Shown one piece after another: positions 16,893 through 26,520 of a stretch of 40,127 bases of DNA (position 1 is the stretch's first letter; each line of letters begins with the position of its first letter). The translations under genes and the position numbers were made by a program. This DNA comes from an uncultured Planctomycetales bacterium (GTDB taxonomy: Bacteria; Planctomycetota; Phycisphaerae; UBA1845; PWPN01). Where the stretch lies: positions 17,565 through 57,691 of the forward strand of contig CAZSYS010000001.1 of NCBI GenBank assembly GCA_964611365.1. The letters are read 5' to 3'. The notes below the pieces were generated by a model. It had not been told where the DNA came from, ran no database searches, and was given only the letters and a program-made list of their open reading frames with translations.

Positions 16893-17132
16893 GGATCGCC
16901 TGCAGCCAAAGCACACAGCGGGCCGGCAGTCGCCTGACGGACGGGTTTTTCCAGTCCGGGGGGCGATCGCCGGCTCGTTTGTTACCGGGAGGCGAGTGAA
17001 CAATGGAGAGAGGCTCTCCGCTCTTCGGCGGGCGCGGATGTCACCGACGGCGACCTCAGGCGACATGCGCGGGAGGGCGTCTTCTGGCCATTCTCAGGCC
17101 CCCGTTCCCCCCTTGTTGCACCATGCAGGGGT

Positions 17133-17960
17133 TTACTGCGCTTCCGGCGGGGGCAGCGGCACCGTGTCGACCTGGAAATCGGGCAGATCCGGCAGGCTCA
17201 GCGCGCCGGCCGGCAGGCCGCGGTTGACCCGGATGCCGGCGGCCGGAAACGACGCGGCGATTTCATAACCTTCGGCTTTCTCCACCGTGCGCACGCGGAC
17301 CGGCAGGTCGAGCCGGCGGTCGATCAGGAAATGCACCGTCCCGTACTTCTCGGCCATCTGGGTTCCGGGAATCGGCGTGCACTCGAGATGAACGGTGTCC
17401 GGCGGGTCGTCGGGCGCCGCCGGCAGGATCCGGACGCGGAAATGGGCCAGGATCTCGGCCTTCTTCTGGCCGAACGGCAGCGGGAACGGGCCCTGGCCCA
17501 GCCGGAAGACCTCCACCGCCTCGCCCGGCCGGACGATCTGCCGCCGGACGATGGTCCTGGTGGATTCGCGGGCTTCGGTGTACCAGGTGCCGTCAAAGGC
17601 GTGCCACTCCCGCTTGTCCCGCACCACCCCCTCCTGCTCGAAGCGATCGAAGCGGATCAGGAAGCGCGGATTGGGCGTGTCCTGACGGAACAGAAGCGTG
17701 CCGGTGAACTTCTGCGTGTCCTCCAGCACCGGATCGGTCTTGACGAAGGTCAGGTCGGTCTCGATATCCCGGATGTCGGCTCCGCGGCGTTCGAGGCGGT
17801 CCAGGATGCGTTCGACCTCCGGATCCACCGTGGCCGGTGCGGACGCGGTCGGCGCCGAGGCCGGCCGGGACGCGGCCGGCTCGGCCGGCAGCGCGACCTG
17901 CGGCCGGCCGATCGCGATCAACAGCCCTTGAATCAGGGTGTTCCGCCAGAATCGATTCAT
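17133..17960 (-). CDS. LolA-like / outer-membrane lipoprotein-sorting-like secreted protein
   Basis: AGGAG lies 5 nt upstream of the ATG at 17960. It has a signal-like MNRFWRNTLIQGLLIAIG. The pattern DLTFVKTDPVLEDTQKFTGTLLFRQDTPNPRFLIRF is typical of LolA-fold proteins. Confidence 0.45.
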   Translation of the reverse strand: MNRFWRNTLIQGLLIAIGRPQVALPAEPAASRPASAPTASAPATVDPEVERILDRLERRGADIRDIETDLTFVKTDPVLEDTQKFTGTLLFRQDTPNPRFLIRFDRFEQEGVVRDKREWHAFDGTWYTEARESTRTIVRRQIVRPGEAVEVFRLGQGPFPLPFGQKKAEILAHFRVRILPAAPDDPPDTVHLECTPIPGTQMAEKYGTVHFLIDRRLDLPVRVRTVEKAEGYEIAASFPAAGIRVNRGLPAGALSLPDLPDFQVDTVPLPPPEAQ

Positions 17961-18102
17961 GGAGACTCCTTGAAGCCGACCATCGGCATGCACCGCCGCG
18001 CGGCCGCCGGCGAAGCGGGAGCGATTCTACGGGGCCGGCGCCTGATCGGGCAAGCCCCGGCCGAGGCGGGCGCGGCTGGAGGATGAGACCGCATCCGGCT
18101 GC

Positions 18103-18131
18103 TTGCCGTGGCCGGGGGCCGCATCGATAAT
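18103..18131 (+). promoter_or_regulatory. sigma70-like promoter TTGCCG-N17-GATAAT, predicted to give a leaderless mRNA
   Basis: The -35 is at 18103-18108 and the -10 at 18126-18131. The ATG at 18139 is 8 nt after the -10. Confidence 0.35.
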
Positions 18132-18138
18132 GCCGGCC

Positions 18139-19119
18139 ATGACGCAGGCGAACCGGCCCAGAATCCTGGTGGCCGACCGGATGAGCGAGTCGGCGATCGC
18201 CCGGCTGCGGGAGGCCGGCGAGGTGGTTCTTCTGGAGCACGCCGACGAGGAGACGCTCGCGGCCGAGGCGGCGCAATCCGACGCCCTGGTGCTGCGCACC
18301 TACACGCAGGTCACCGCCCGGGTCATTCAGGCGGCGGCGGCCGGCGGCCGGCTCAAGGTCATCGGCCGGGGCGGCGTGGGGGTGGACAACATCGACGTCC
18401 GCGCCGCCGCCGGGGCCGGCATCGTCGTGGTCAATACCCCGGCGGCCTCGACGCACGCCGTGGCCGACCTGGTCGTCGGCCTGATCATCGCCCTGCAGCG
18501 GTCCATCCCGACCTGCGATCGGCGGATCCGCGAGGGCGAGTTCGCGAGCCTGCGCGGCGGGGCCTCGGCGCCCTGCGAACTGCAGTACCAGACCCTCGGG
18601 GTCATCGGCATGGGCCGCATCGGGCGGGCGGTCGGTACCCGGCTGCATCTGGGCTTCGGCACCCGCGTGATCTACCACGACATCCGCGAGATCGGGCTGC
18701 TGCCCTTCGCGGCCGAGCCTCGCGGGCGGGCCGAGGACGTCTACGCCGAGGCCGACGTGGTCACGCTTCATGTCCCGCTGACGCAGCTGACGCGGGGCAT
18801 GATCAACGCCCGAAGCCTGGCCGGCTTCAAACCCGGGGCCTGGCTGGTGAATACATCCCGCGGGGCGGTGGTGGAGGCCGAGGCCCTGGCCGAGGCCCTG
18901 CGGTCGGGCGCCCTAGCCGGGGCGGCCGTCGATGTGTACGACCCTGAGCCGCCGCCGCCGGACCATCCGCTGTTTTCGGCGCCGAATGTGATTCTCACGC
19001 CGCACATCGCCAGCCGGTCCCGGCAGGCTCTGGCGGCCATGAACGACGTGGTCGAGGACGTCCTGGCGGTGCTGGCCGGCCGCGAACCGGCCTGGCCGGT
19101 GGACCCGGAGACGGTCTGA
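18139..19119 (+). CDS. D-isomer-specific 2-hydroxyacid dehydrogenase (phosphoglycerate dehydrogenase-like)
   Basis: The family pattern is RILVADRMSE ... LKVIGRGGVGVDNIDV ... LGVIGMGRIGRAV ... VTLHVPLT ... NTSRG ... LTPHIAS. Confidence 0.75.
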   Translation: MTQANRPRILVADRMSESAIARLREAGEVVLLEHADEETLAAEAAQSDALVLRTYTQVTARVIQAAAAGGRLKVIGRGGVGVDNIDVRAAAGAGIVVVNTPAASTHAVADLVVGLIIALQRSIPTCDRRIREGEFASLRGGASAPCELQYQTLGVIGMGRIGRAVGTRLHLGFGTRVIYHDIREIGLLPFAAEPRGRAEDVYAEADVVTLHVPLTQLTRGMINARSLAGFKPGAWLVNTSRGAVVEAEALAEALRSGALAGAAVDVYDPEPPPPDHPLFSAPNVILTPHIASRSRQALAAMNDVVEDVLAVLAGREPAWPVDPETV

Positions 19120-19204
19120 CCGCTTCATCAGAGCGGGGGCGGAAGACAGGCGGGCATGGACCGCCGAGTAACAACAATCCACCACTCCTGTGAGGATGCA
19201 ACGG

Positions 19205-20140
19205 ATGGGCAGGTACCTGGTGACCGGTGGCGGCGGCTTCATCGGATCGCACATCGTCGAGCGGCTGGTCCGCGACGGCCGGTCGGTCCGCGTGCTGGAC
19301 AACTTCTCGACCGGCCGGCGCGAGAACCTCGCGGGGCTGGAGGAGCGGATCGAGCTGATGGAGGGGGACATCCGGCGGCCGGAAGACTGCCGGCGGGCCT
19401 GCGAGGGCATCGAGGTCGTTTTCCACCAGGCCGCCCTGCCGTCGGTGCCGACCTCGATCGAGCGCCCGGCCGAGACGCACGACGCCAACGTCAACGGCAC
19501 GTTCAACATGCTGATGGCCGCCCGCGACGCCGGCTGCCGCCGGCTGATCTACGCGGCCAGCAGCAGCGCCTACGGCGACCAGCCGCAGTCGCCCAAGGTC
19601 GAGAGCATGGTGCCGGACCCGATGAGCCCGTATGCCCTGCAGAAGCTCACCGGCGAATACTATTGCCGGGTGTTCCGGCGGTGCTGGGGGCTGGAGACGG
19701 TGGCCCTGCGCTACTTCAACGTCTTCGGCCCGCGGCAGAATCCGCGCAGCCAGTACGCCGCGGCGATTCCGGCGTTCGTCAGCGCGATCCTGCGGAACGA
19801 GCCCCCGACGGTCTACGGGGACGGCGAGCAGACCCGCGATTTCACCTACATCGACAACGTGGTGGCGGCCAACCTGCTGGCGGCCGAGGCCCCGGAGGCC
19901 TGCGGGCAGGTGATCAACGCCGCCTGCGGGCAGAGCATTTCGATCAATGCGATCATCGGGCTGATCAACGCGATCCTGGGCCGCAGCGTGCGGCCGGTGT
20001 ATGCCCCGCGCCGCCCGGGGGACGTCCGCGACTCGCTGGCCGACATCGGCCTGGCCCGGCGCCTGCTGGGCTTCGAGCCGGTGGTGCTTTTCGAGGAAGG
20101 CCTGCGTCGGGCAATCGCCTGGTACCGCGACAACCTCTGA
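19205..20140 (+). CDS. NAD-dependent nucleotide-sugar epimerase (WbpP/TviC-like SDR)
   Basis: Motifs are VTGGGGFIGSH, AASSSAYGDQPQSPKVE and SPYALQKLTGEYY (YxxxK). GAGGA lies about 8 nt upstream of the ATG at 19205. Confidence 0.8.
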   Translation: MGRYLVTGGGGFIGSHIVERLVRDGRSVRVLDNFSTGRRENLAGLEERIELMEGDIRRPEDCRRACEGIEVVFHQAALPSVPTSIERPAETHDANVNGTFNMLMAARDAGCRRLIYAASSSAYGDQPQSPKVESMVPDPMSPYALQKLTGEYYCRVFRRCWGLETVALRYFNVFGPRQNPRSQYAAAIPAFVSAILRNEPPTVYGDGEQTRDFTYIDNVVAANLLAAEAPEACGQVINAACGQSISINAIIGLINAILGRSVRPVYAPRRPGDVRDSLADIGLARRLLGFEPVVLFEEGLRRAIAWYRDNL

Positions 20141-20314
20141 GCGGCCGCCCCGCGGGGGCGCCCGGACCCCGCTGACGCCGCCGCCGCGCAACGGCGGTTC
20201 AGGCGCCGGATGTCACCGGAACCAGCCGTGTGCCTGCTGCGGAACCCCCGGGACCGGAGGTTTCAGGCCCGGCGAGGAAGAGCAGATCCCGCGGATGAAC
20301 AGGCGTGACGCCCC

Positions 20315-22201
20315 TCACATCGCACCCTGTTGCGCCTCCGCAGCCGGCGGCGGAGACGGCAGGTGGGCCAGCCAGTTGCCGGCAGCCCGGACCAGCGGGC
20401 GCAGCACGCACCTTGCGGCCGCCCGGAGTCGTTCGTGGCGGGCGATCACGCCGGCCAGCGGCGGTGACAGCCGGTAGTAAGCCTGCACCAGGCCTCGACC
20501 GGGCGGGTGCGGCATCAGACAACGGTCGCGGAACCGCCGAAGGGTGTCCACCTCGCCGGCCAGGTCCGAACCGTAGGCGGCCGTGGCGATGAAGCAGGCC
20601 GGGGGAGTGGGTTCGGCACCACTGCCCTCGCCCCTGATCGGGACATCCATCGTTCCCCAGTTGGATTCGACGGTGATGACGCCGGTCATCAGGACGTAGT
20701 CCACCTCGGGGTAGAACCATACCTCGAAGGTGCGGAAGCCGCCCGCGCCGATCGTTGCCGGAAGCGGCCCGAGCGGACGCTGGGCGCCGGCCAGATCCAG
20801 GAACCACCGCCGGTCGCTCCTCCCGGCCGGCGTGCTGTCCTGGACCCGGACGGAGGTAATCACGAGATCCTCCGTGCCGGCGTTGGCGATGCAGAACTCG
20901 TGGTACCGCTCGTGGGCCTGCAGGTCGCCCACCTTGAAGTTCCACCGGGCAGGCGAAACGCGCAGCTGCGGACCCGTGAAGTCGTGCCGCTTGGCGTACT
21001 TCACGGCGTCGTGGGTGACATCGAGGTAGACCACGCGGGGGCGGCGGTCCTCATCCACCACGATATCGCAGCTCCTCCCCACGTCGGCTCCGGTATCGAC
21101 CACTTCGCTGACCTGGGCGTAGATGTCCCTGGGCCGCGCACCGCTGCCGGCGGCCGGGTTGCAGGACTTGATGGCGTAGCGGAGCCAGCCGTATTCGGCG
21201 TCGTAGCAGACGACGTGAATATACGGGAGGAAGTCGACCGCCAGGCCGAGGTGCTCGGAGTCGTCCATGGAGCGGCCCGAGCCGGTGTTCTCGACGTCCC
21301 AGGTCTGCCAGTCGAAGTACCAGCTTCCGGACACGTCCGGATCGCTCACGTTGCGACCGCACACCAGTCGACCGGTCTCGTGGTCGATCCCGGCGGCGAA
21401 GAAGTCGTCGCGCCCGTCGATGCGGAAGCGATTGGCATGCCCCGGCAGGCCCGGGGCGGTGCTCGCGAACTGCCCGGGATCGTGGCTCAACGGATGCATG
21501 AACTGCATGGTCCAGGCCGATTTCCAGGTCCCGAAGGGCACGTCGGATGAATTCAGCGCGATGTCCTGCCACTCGCCGGAGTTGATCAGGTACTCCGGCT
21601 CGCCGGCGAACCACTGCAGGGCCCGTTCCTCCCAGCCGGTCGCGGTGCGTCTGGCATAGAACGGGGACGCCGCCGGTCGGACGAGGTCGCCGGTCGCGTG
21701 CTCCGCGTAGCGGCTGTACACCACGTGCGGGGTGTTGGTGGAATCCAGCGCGATCGCGCAGCGGTAGGCGCACCCGCTGGCCACGATGGCCTCGTGCAGC
21801 CACACGCCGGTGCTGTTGTCCGTGTACGCGACCCGTCCGCCGGCGAGGTAGATGATCCGGACGACGCCGTCGGAGCCGACGGCAAGATCGCACCCGGTGC
21901 CGCGGCTCGCCAGCCGGGTGACGGTCTGAAAGGCCCACGTCCCCCCCGAGCAGGTCGCATGCTTCAGCGACAGGCCCGACGTGCCCGTGAGATGCTCCCC
22001 TTCCGGCGTGAAGTAGCAGACATGGGATGCCCCGGCGGCATCGATCGCGATCGCGACGCAGGCCTCGGCGCTGTCGAGCGTCTCAATCTCCCAGTCGGCC
22101 CGCAACGGACCCGAAAGCGCGGGGCAAAGGGCAATCACCAGGGCGATCGCGGCGCGGGCCCGCGACGAATCGCCCCTGAACCACGATGCTGCTGCGGACA
22201 T
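20315..22201 (-). CDS. secreted propeller-like repeat protein with Ig-like domain and CFIATAAYG-type C-terminal module
   Basis: Start at the ATG at 22201, with AGGAGGAG 7 nt upstream. Signal peptide [19 protein letters not shown]. Repeated (V/I)xxVxY...LxYA-type blades ([61 protein letters not shown]). A beta-sandwich pattern [14 protein letters not shown]...[17 protein letters not shown]-terminal [28 protein letters not shown]... Confidence 0.7.
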   Translation of the reverse strand: MSAAASWFRGDSSRARAAIALVIALCPALSGPLRADWEIETLDSAEACVAIAIDAAGASHVCYFTPEGEHLTGTSGLSLKHATCSGGTWAFQTVTRLASRGTGCDLAVGSDGVVRIIYLAGGRVAYTDNSTGVWLHEAIVASGCAYRCAIALDSTNTPHVVYSRYAEHATGDLVRPAASPFYARRTATGWEERALQWFAGEPEYLINSGEWQDIALNSSDVPFGTWKSAWTMQFMHPLSHDPGQFASTAPGLPGHANRFRIDGRDDFFAAGIDHETGRLVCGRNVSDPDVSGSWYFDWQTWDVENTGSGRSMDDSEHLGLAVDFLPYIHVVCYDAEYGWLRYAIKSCNPAAGSGARPRDIYAQVSEVVDTGADVGRSCDIVVDEDRRPRVVYLDVTHDAVKYAKRHDFTGPQLRVSPARWNFKVGDLQAHERYHEFCIANAGTEDLVITSVRVQDSTPAGRSDRRWFLDLAGAQRPLGPLPATIGAGGFRTFEVWFYPEVDYVLMTGVITVESNWGTMDVPIRGEGSGAEPTPPACFIATAAYGSDLAGEVDTLRRFRDRCLMPHPPGRGLVQAYYRLSPPLAGVIARHERLRAAARCVLRPLVRAAGNWLAHLPSPPPAAEAQQGAM

Positions 22202-22584
22202 GGCATGACTCCTCCTGTTCGATGCGGCCTGTCCGGGAACGGCACCACCGCGCTTCGATGACGGGTGGACGGGCGGGCCGGGCCGGACGTGCAAAGCAGG
22301 GATGCCGGACGGGGACGCGGCCGGGAATGCGCAACGGGGACGCCGCTTCCTCTCTGCTCCGCATGATTGCAGCCGGGGCGAGGCATTCCTGCGGTCGCAC
22401 ACAACGGACGCTTCGGCGGGTCGCCGGGGGCGTCCGCGGGCGGTGGATACGAGAGCCGGCGATCGTCAGGCCTTCATCCGGCATTCCGCCATGCCCCCTG
22501 GGCCCCACACGCTGCCGAAAACGAGCCGCCCCGCGTCACGCCGTTCGCCGAGGGGCCGGAGACGCTGAGGGGCGCAGGGCCGGC

Positions 22585-23613
22585 TCAGATCCGCCGTTCG
22601 ACCACGCCCAGGCCCGGCCGGTCGCTCAGCGTGATCCGGCCCTGCTGCCCGCCGATGCCCTCGAAGGGGTCGTCGGCCAGCAGCAGGTGGCCGTCGAGAT
22701 CGAGGTAGTCGACCAGCGGGGCGAGCTGGGCGGCCGCAGCGATGCCGACGGAGGTCTCGACCATGCAGCCCAGCATCACCTTCATGCCGGCCGAGCGGGC
22801 GGTGTGGATCATCTGCAGCGCCCGGCGGATGCCGCCGCACTTGCTGAGCTTGATGTTGATGCCGTCGAAGTGCGGGGCGCAGGCCAGCACGTCGCGGTAG
22901 CCCACGCAGCTCTCGTCGGCGATCAGCGGCGTCACCCCCGCCCGGCGAACCCCGGCCAGACCCTGGTAGTCGCCCGGCGCGGTGGGCTGCTCGACGAACT
23001 CCACCCCGTAGCGGACCATCAGCCGGCACATCTCCATCACGTTGGCCGAGGTCCAGCCGCAGTTGGCATCGACGCGCAGCGGCTTGTCGGGAGCCCCGCG
23101 GCGGATAGCCTGAAGGATCTGCTCGTCCTGCGGCGTGCCGACCTTGATCTTCAGCAGCGGGTACCCGGCGGCCTCGGCCACCTTGCGTTCGATCACCTCG
23201 ATGTCGTCGATGCCGATGGTGAACGACGTGAGCGGGACGCGCTGCGGGTCCAGGCCCAGCAGCCGCCAGACCGGCACGCCGAGCAGCTTGCCGGCCAGGT
23301 CGTGCAGGGCGGCGTCGATCGCCGCGATGGCCGCCGATTCGCCCTCGAACCGCTCCCACAGGCGCTCCAGCACCGGCTGGATCGCGAAAGGGTCCGACCC
23401 CAGCAGGCCGGCGGCCGCCTCGAAGACCCGTTCGCCGGAGTCCAGGCTCTGCCGGTAGTAGCTGCTGGGCGCCGACTCGCCCCAGCCGACCACGCCGCGG
23501 TGTTCGATGCTCGCCAGCAGCACCTGGCGCGAGGTCACGCTGTCGCGCTGGGTGCGGGCGATGTTGAACGGATGGCGGAGGTGAACCTCGCGCCGCTGCC
23601 AGGAAAGCTTCAT
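22585..23613 (-). CDS. dipeptide epimerase (L-Ala-D/L-Glu epimerase-like, enolase superfamily)
   Basis: Start at MKLSWQRREVHLRHPFNIAR. The LKIKVG, VDANCGW, FVEQP and ADES pattern belongs to the MLE/dipeptide epimerase subgroup. Confidence 0.75.
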   Translation of the reverse strand: MKLSWQRREVHLRHPFNIARTQRDSVTSRQVLLASIEHRGVVGWGESAPSSYYRQSLDSGERVFEAAAGLLGSDPFAIQPVLERLWERFEGESAAIAAIDAALHDLAGKLLGVPVWRLLGLDPQRVPLTSFTIGIDDIEVIERKVAEAAGYPLLKIKVGTPQDEQILQAIRRGAPDKPLRVDANCGWTSANVMEMCRLMVRYGVEFVEQPTAPGDYQGLAGVRRAGVTPLIADESCVGYRDVLACAPHFDGINIKLSKCGGIRRALQMIHTARSAGMKVMLGCMVETSVGIAAAAQLAPLVDYLDLDGHLLLADDPFEGIGGQQGRITLSDRPGLGVVERRI

Positions 23614-24161
23614 GACGGCTTCTCCGCTGCCTCGCATCGACGCCTTTCCAGGGCGCGGCAGTAGATGTCAAAGGCGGCCTGATCGTAGAGCACGAACTCC
23701 ACCCGCTCCAGTTCGGGGTGACCGGCCAGGAAGGCAACGACCTCGTCCAGGGCGACCGCGCAGGCCTCGGCCATGGGATAGCGGTAGACCCCGCAGCTGA
23801 TCGCGGGGAAGGCGATCGACCGGCAGCCGTGCTCGACCGCCAGTCGCAGGGCCGTGCGGTAGCAGCCGGCCAGAAGCTCGGCCTCCCCGCTGCGGCCGTC
23901 GCGGTAGATCGGGCCGACGGCGTGAATCACGTGACGCGCCGGCAGGTTGTATCCGCCGGTGATTCGCGCCGAGCCCGTTCGGCAGCCGCCAAGTTTTCGG
24001 CACTCCTCCAGCAGCCCCGGCCCAGCCGCCCGGTGAATCGCCCCGTCCACGCCGCCGCCGCCGAGCAGCGAAGTGTTGGCCGCGTTGACGATGGCATCGG
24101 CCGCGATGGTGGTGATGTCGCCCAACGTGACACGGATGCGGTCCAGCGGCCCGGGAGTCAT
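23610..24161 (-). CDS. macro-domain protein (YmdB-like O-acetyl-ADP-ribose deacetylase)
   Basis: Motifs are GDITTIAADAIVNAANTSLLGGGGVDGAIHRAAG and SIAFPAISCGVYRYP. Its stop overlaps the downstream epimerase ATG (ATGA at 23610-23613). Confidence 0.85.
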   Translation of the reverse strand: MTPGPLDRIRVTLGDITTIAADAIVNAANTSLLGGGGVDGAIHRAAGPGLLEECRKLGGCRTGSARITGGYNLPARHVIHAVGPIYRDGRSGEAELLAGCYRTALRLAVEHGCRSIAFPAISCGVYRYPMAEACAVALDEVVAFLAGHPELERVEFVLYDQAAFDIYCRALERRRCEAAEKPS

Positions 24162-24482
24162 GGGCGCCGAGTATAGCCCGACCGGCCAGGCCGGGCAAAC
24201 CACCGCGGAGGTTATCGGACGGGTGCCCGGAAACGGCGCGCGGGCCCCCGGCTTTCCCCAGCGGCGCGCCCCGGGCGTTGCGCGATCGCTCGAGGCGGAA
24301 GGTTATCGGGCCTGCAGCCGGACCGCGGGAGATTCGCCCCTTCCGGTGGCGGCGCGCGGGCCCGGCGCCGGACCGCCCGGCGCCCGGCGGGGCCCGGGGC
24401 TTTTTGCACGCCGGCGACCGGGCGTGTAACCTGCCACGCATCCGGCCGCGGCCTGCTTCGACGCCGGCGGACCGGGACGAAT

Positions 24483-26447
24483 ATGAGCCACCAGCCCGAC
24501 CCGTCATCGGCCGACGAACGCCGGTCCGCGTCCGGTCCGGAGGAGATCCGCCCGGAAGACCGGCCGCTGATCTTTGAGATCGCCTGGGAGGTCTGCGCCC
24601 AGACCGGCGGCATCTACACCGTGCTGCGCAGCAAGGCCCCGGCCACGGTCAAGCGCTGGGGCGACCAGTACTGCATGATCGGGCCCTACCACGAGGCCGC
24701 GGCCCGGGTTGAGTTCGAGCCCATGCCGCTGACCGCCGCGGTCGAGGAGGCGGCTTCGTCGCTGCGGGCGGCGGGAGTGGATGTGCACACCGGCCGCTGG
24801 CTGATCACCGGCCGCCCGCAGGTGATGCTCATCGACGTGCGCTGCGCCGCCGGCTCGATTCCGCAGATGAAGTACTTCCTCTGGAAGGACCTGGCCATCG
24901 GCACGCCGGCGGGCGACCCCGAGATCGACCGGGTGGTGGCCTTCGGCTTCCTGACCGCCGACCTGCTGGCGGCGGCTCACCGGGCTCTTCCCTCGCGGCC
25001 GCTTCTGGCCCACTTCCACGAGTGGCAGGCGGCCGTGGCCCTGCCGCTGCTCAAGCATCGCGGCGTCGCCATCCCGACGATCTTCACCACCCACGCCACG
25101 CTCGTCGGCCGCAGCCTCAGCGCCGCCAACGAGAACCTCTACGACAACCTGCCCCGGGTGGACGCCGAGGCCGTCGCCTACCGGCACGGCATCGCCCACA
25201 AGTTCTTCATCGAGCGGCTGGCCGCGCAGCGGGCCGACGTGTTTACCACCGTCTCGGGCATCACCGCCCTGGAGGCCGAGCAGTTCCTCGGGCGCAAGGC
25301 CGACGTCCTCCTGCCCAACGGACTCAACGTCGAGCGGTTCGCCGCCCCGTATCAGTTCCAGAACCTCCACCGGGAGAGCAAGAACCTCATCCACGAGTTC
25401 GTGATGGGGCACTTCTTTCCCAGCTACACCTTCGACCTGGACCGCACCCTCTACGTCTTCACCGCCGGCCGCTACGAGTACCGCAACAAGGGCTTCGACC
25501 TGTTCATCGAGGCGCTCTACCGTCTCAACCAGCGGCTGAAGGCCGAGCCGGGCGACCTGACGGTGGTGGCGTTCATCATCGCCCCGGCCCCCTACCGGGC
25601 CCTGAACGTCGAGACGCTGAACCGCCAGGCGATGTTCCACGAACTGCGGGAGACCTGCGAGGCCATTCAGGAGGACATGGGCGAGCGGCTCTTCCAGGTC
25701 ATCGCCCACGGGCGGATGCCGCAGATCGACGACCTCCTGGATGAGTTCGCCCGCGTCCGCCTGAAACGCATGATGCATGCCTGGCGCCAGGGGCCACCGC
25801 CGACCATCGTCACCCACGACCTCTGGAACGACGGCGCCGACCCGGTCCTGTGCCATCTGCGCCACCGCGGGCTCCTCAATGCCGCCGAGGACCCGGTCAA
25901 GGTCGTCTTCCACCCCGAGTTCATCACCTCCACCAGCCCGGTGCTCGGCCTGGAGTACGACCAGTTCGTCCGCGGCTGCAACCTCGGCGTCTTCCCCTCC
26001 TACTACGAGCCCTGGGGCTACACGCCGATGGAGTGCGTGGTCCGGGGCATCCCCGCGGTGACCAGCGACCTCAGCGGCTTCGGGGCGTACGTCATGAGCC
26101 ACTTCCCCGACCATAACAGCAACGGCATCTACGTCGCCCGCCGGCGGGGCGTCAGCTTCGAGGCCGGCTGCGCCGAGGTGACCGAGTGGCTGTACCGCCT
26201 GACCCGCATGTCCCGCCGCGAGCGGATCGGGCTGCGCAACCGCGTGGAAAGCCACGCCGAGCACTTCGACTGGTCGAACATGACCCGCTACTACCGGGCC
26301 GCGCGGCGCTGGGCCCTGCAAAAGTACTATCCCGACCGCCAGATCATTCCCCCGGACCTGCCCGAGAAGCCCGGCGGCCGGAAGGAGGCTACGGTCGCCC
26401 GCCATCGCAGACACCGCCACGTCTCGCGAAGGGAAACCCAGAACTGA
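24483..26447 (+). CDS. glycogen synthase, GT3 (eukaryote/Bacteroidota-type) family
   Basis: IFEIAWEVCAQTGGIYTVLRSKAPATVKRWGDQYCMIGPY closely mirrors the GT3 glycogen synthase N-terminus. Also present are HFHEWQA, FTTHATLVGR and GVFPSYYEPWGYTPMEC. Confidence 0.85.
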   Translation: MSHQPDPSSADERRSASGPEEIRPEDRPLIFEIAWEVCAQTGGIYTVLRSKAPATVKRWGDQYCMIGPYHEAAARVEFEPMPLTAAVEEAASSLRAAGVDVHTGRWLITGRPQVMLIDVRCAAGSIPQMKYFLWKDLAIGTPAGDPEIDRVVAFGFLTADLLAAAHRALPSRPLLAHFHEWQAAVALPLLKHRGVAIPTIFTTHATLVGRSLSAANENLYDNLPRVDAEAVAYRHGIAHKFFIERLAAQRADVFTTVSGITALEAEQFLGRKADVLLPNGLNVERFAAPYQFQNLHRESKNLIHEFVMGHFFPSYTFDLDRTLYVFTAGRYEYRNKGFDLFIEALYRLNQRLKAEPGDLTVVAFIIAPAPYRALNVETLNRQAMFHELRETCEAIQEDMGERLFQVIAHGRMPQIDDLLDEFARVRLKRMMHAWRQGPPPTIVTHDLWNDGADPVLCHLRHRGLLNAAEDPVKVVFHPEFITSTSPVLGLEYDQFVRGCNLGVFPSYYEPWGYTPMECVVRGIPAVTSDLSGFGAYVMSHFPDHNSNGIYVARRRGVSFEAGCAEVTEWLYRLTRMSRRERIGLRNRVESHAEHFDWSNMTRYYRAARRWALQKYYPDRQIIPPDLPEKPGGRKEATVARHRRHRHVSRRETQN

Positions 26448-26456
26448 GCGCCCCGG

Positions 26457-26489
26457 CCGCAGGTCCGGCGGGTCCGGTCCGGCCTGCGG
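26457..26489. terminator. GC-rich hairpin between convergent genes (no T-run)
   Basis: CCGCAGGTC (26457-26465) pairs with GGCCTGCGG (26481-26489), including one G-T wobble, around a 15-nt loop. It lies between the glycogen synthase and rsfS stops. Confidence 0.25.
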
Positions 26490-26520
26490 GATGCGCGGGG
26501 ACGCCGGCGGCAAGCCCGCC

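Noticed and set aside
23610-24161. Macro-domain gene considered as a DarG-like antitoxin or defence component
   Set aside because: It is a short stand-alone YmdB-type macro domain. No DarT-like, ART or other toxin partner is present. Its coupled neighbour is an enolase-superfamily epimerase.
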